From positions 250,837,621-250,901,620 of the forward strand of contig NC_058132.1 of NCBI RefSeq assembly GCF_016433145.1: DNA of 64,000 bases. Reading direction: 5' to 3'. This stretch comes from Gracilinanus agilis. Taxonomy: Eukaryota. Both the position numbers and the translations under genes were made by a program. Of this stretch, positions 63,451 to 64,000 are shown piece by piece. Position 1 is the first letter of the stretch. The number at the start of each line of letters is the position of its first letter. The notes beneath the pieces are model-generated. The model saw nothing but the letters and a program-made list of their open reading frames with translations. It did no database searches and was not told the DNA's origin.

Positions 63451-63735
63451 TTCAAATCTGACCTCAGACACTTCCCAGTTGTGTGACCCTGGGCAAGTCA
63501 CTTAACCCCCATTACCTAGCCCTTACCACTCACTCTTCTGCCTTGGAGTCAATACACAGTATTGATATTTACTGTCCCCTCATACCACACCAGGATATTC
63601 CTTGCAACCAGGTGAAACCTTCCTATATGATCAAATGTAGAGGAGTTTTTGGGATCTGAGTCTTCCTTATGAACCCTGGAGGTCCTTCTACACAATTGAT
63701 TCCAAGACAGAAGGCAAGGGTTTAAAAAAAAAAAA
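63451..63735 (+). mobile_element. 5'-truncated SINE1_Mdo-like SINE carrying a 123-bp foreign insert
   Basis: Core 63451-63566, insert 63567-63689, tail 63690-63735. Confidence 0.8.
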
Positions 63736-64000
63736 TACTCTTCTAGCTCCAGTTTAACCTCTATTCCCCTCCTAAAGTGATTTTCTTAAAGCGCAGATCT
63801 GAGAATCCCCATCCTAACTCAAAAAAAAAAAAAAACTCCAAGGGCTCCCTATTATCTCCAGGACCAAATGTAAAATCTTCTGTTTGCCGTTTTAAACTCT
63901 TTATAATTTGAACCCTTCCTGCCTTTCCGTTTTTCTCAAACTTTAAAATCCCCCATACACGCCCATTTCTTATATAAAAATCCATCTCCTTGTCTTTGCA

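Larger units (their letters stand above)
62610..63960 (+). mobile_element. L2 remnant split by an LTR and a SINE
   Basis: acatctcaaactcaacatgtccaaaatagaactcattatctttcc...cttatcacct|caagg...aaatgtaaaatcttctgtttg. Confidence 0.72.

Noticed and set aside
54620-64000. First exon of the divergent neighbour (SLC25A12 in human synteny)
   Set aside because: No second CpG island or matching exon seen; it probably lies beyond the window.
1-64000. CRISPR arrays, prokaryotic systems, mitochondrial insertions, non-retroviral viral elements, functional tRNA/snRNA genes
   Set aside because: None recognised. Recurrent ~200-bp units are dispersed SINEs, and the only tRNA-like sequence outside SINE heads is broken. 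A translated database search could still find a decayed viral fragment I cannot see.

Overview
AT-rich, repeat-dense marsupial genomic DNA. The dominant tRNA-headed SINE closely matches SINE1_Mdo as I recall it, so the source is most likely the opossum Monodelphis domestica (inference). The only protein-coding gene I can support is HAT1 (histone acetyltransferase 1) on the minus strand: a CpG-island promoter at ~53.8-54.6 kb, then exon 1 (7 coding nt), exon 2 (105 nt), exon 3 (76 nt) and exon 4 (121 nt). All have canonical GT-AG boundaries and join into an open frame of 103 codons (MAGFGAVEKFLVEYKSAMEKK...NFDCVE). I found no exon 5, so it probably lies left of position 1. The rest is intron or upstream intergenic DNA filled with SINE1_Mdo, MAR1/MIR, L1, L2, CR1, ERV LTRs and several hAT MITEs with intact target-site duplications (TSDs). 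Nearly all ORF-track entries are spurious or decayed LINE remnants. I see no clear new gene system. The best leads are a CpG-retaining promoter-like element inside intron 2, a stack of three retroposons sharing one target site, a tRNA-Met copy inside an LTR-like fragment, a MEIS/homeobox element overlapping a candidate poison exon, and hAT MITEs resembling horizontally transferred families. Repeat family names are from recall, not a database search, and repeat boundaries without a stated TSD are approximate.
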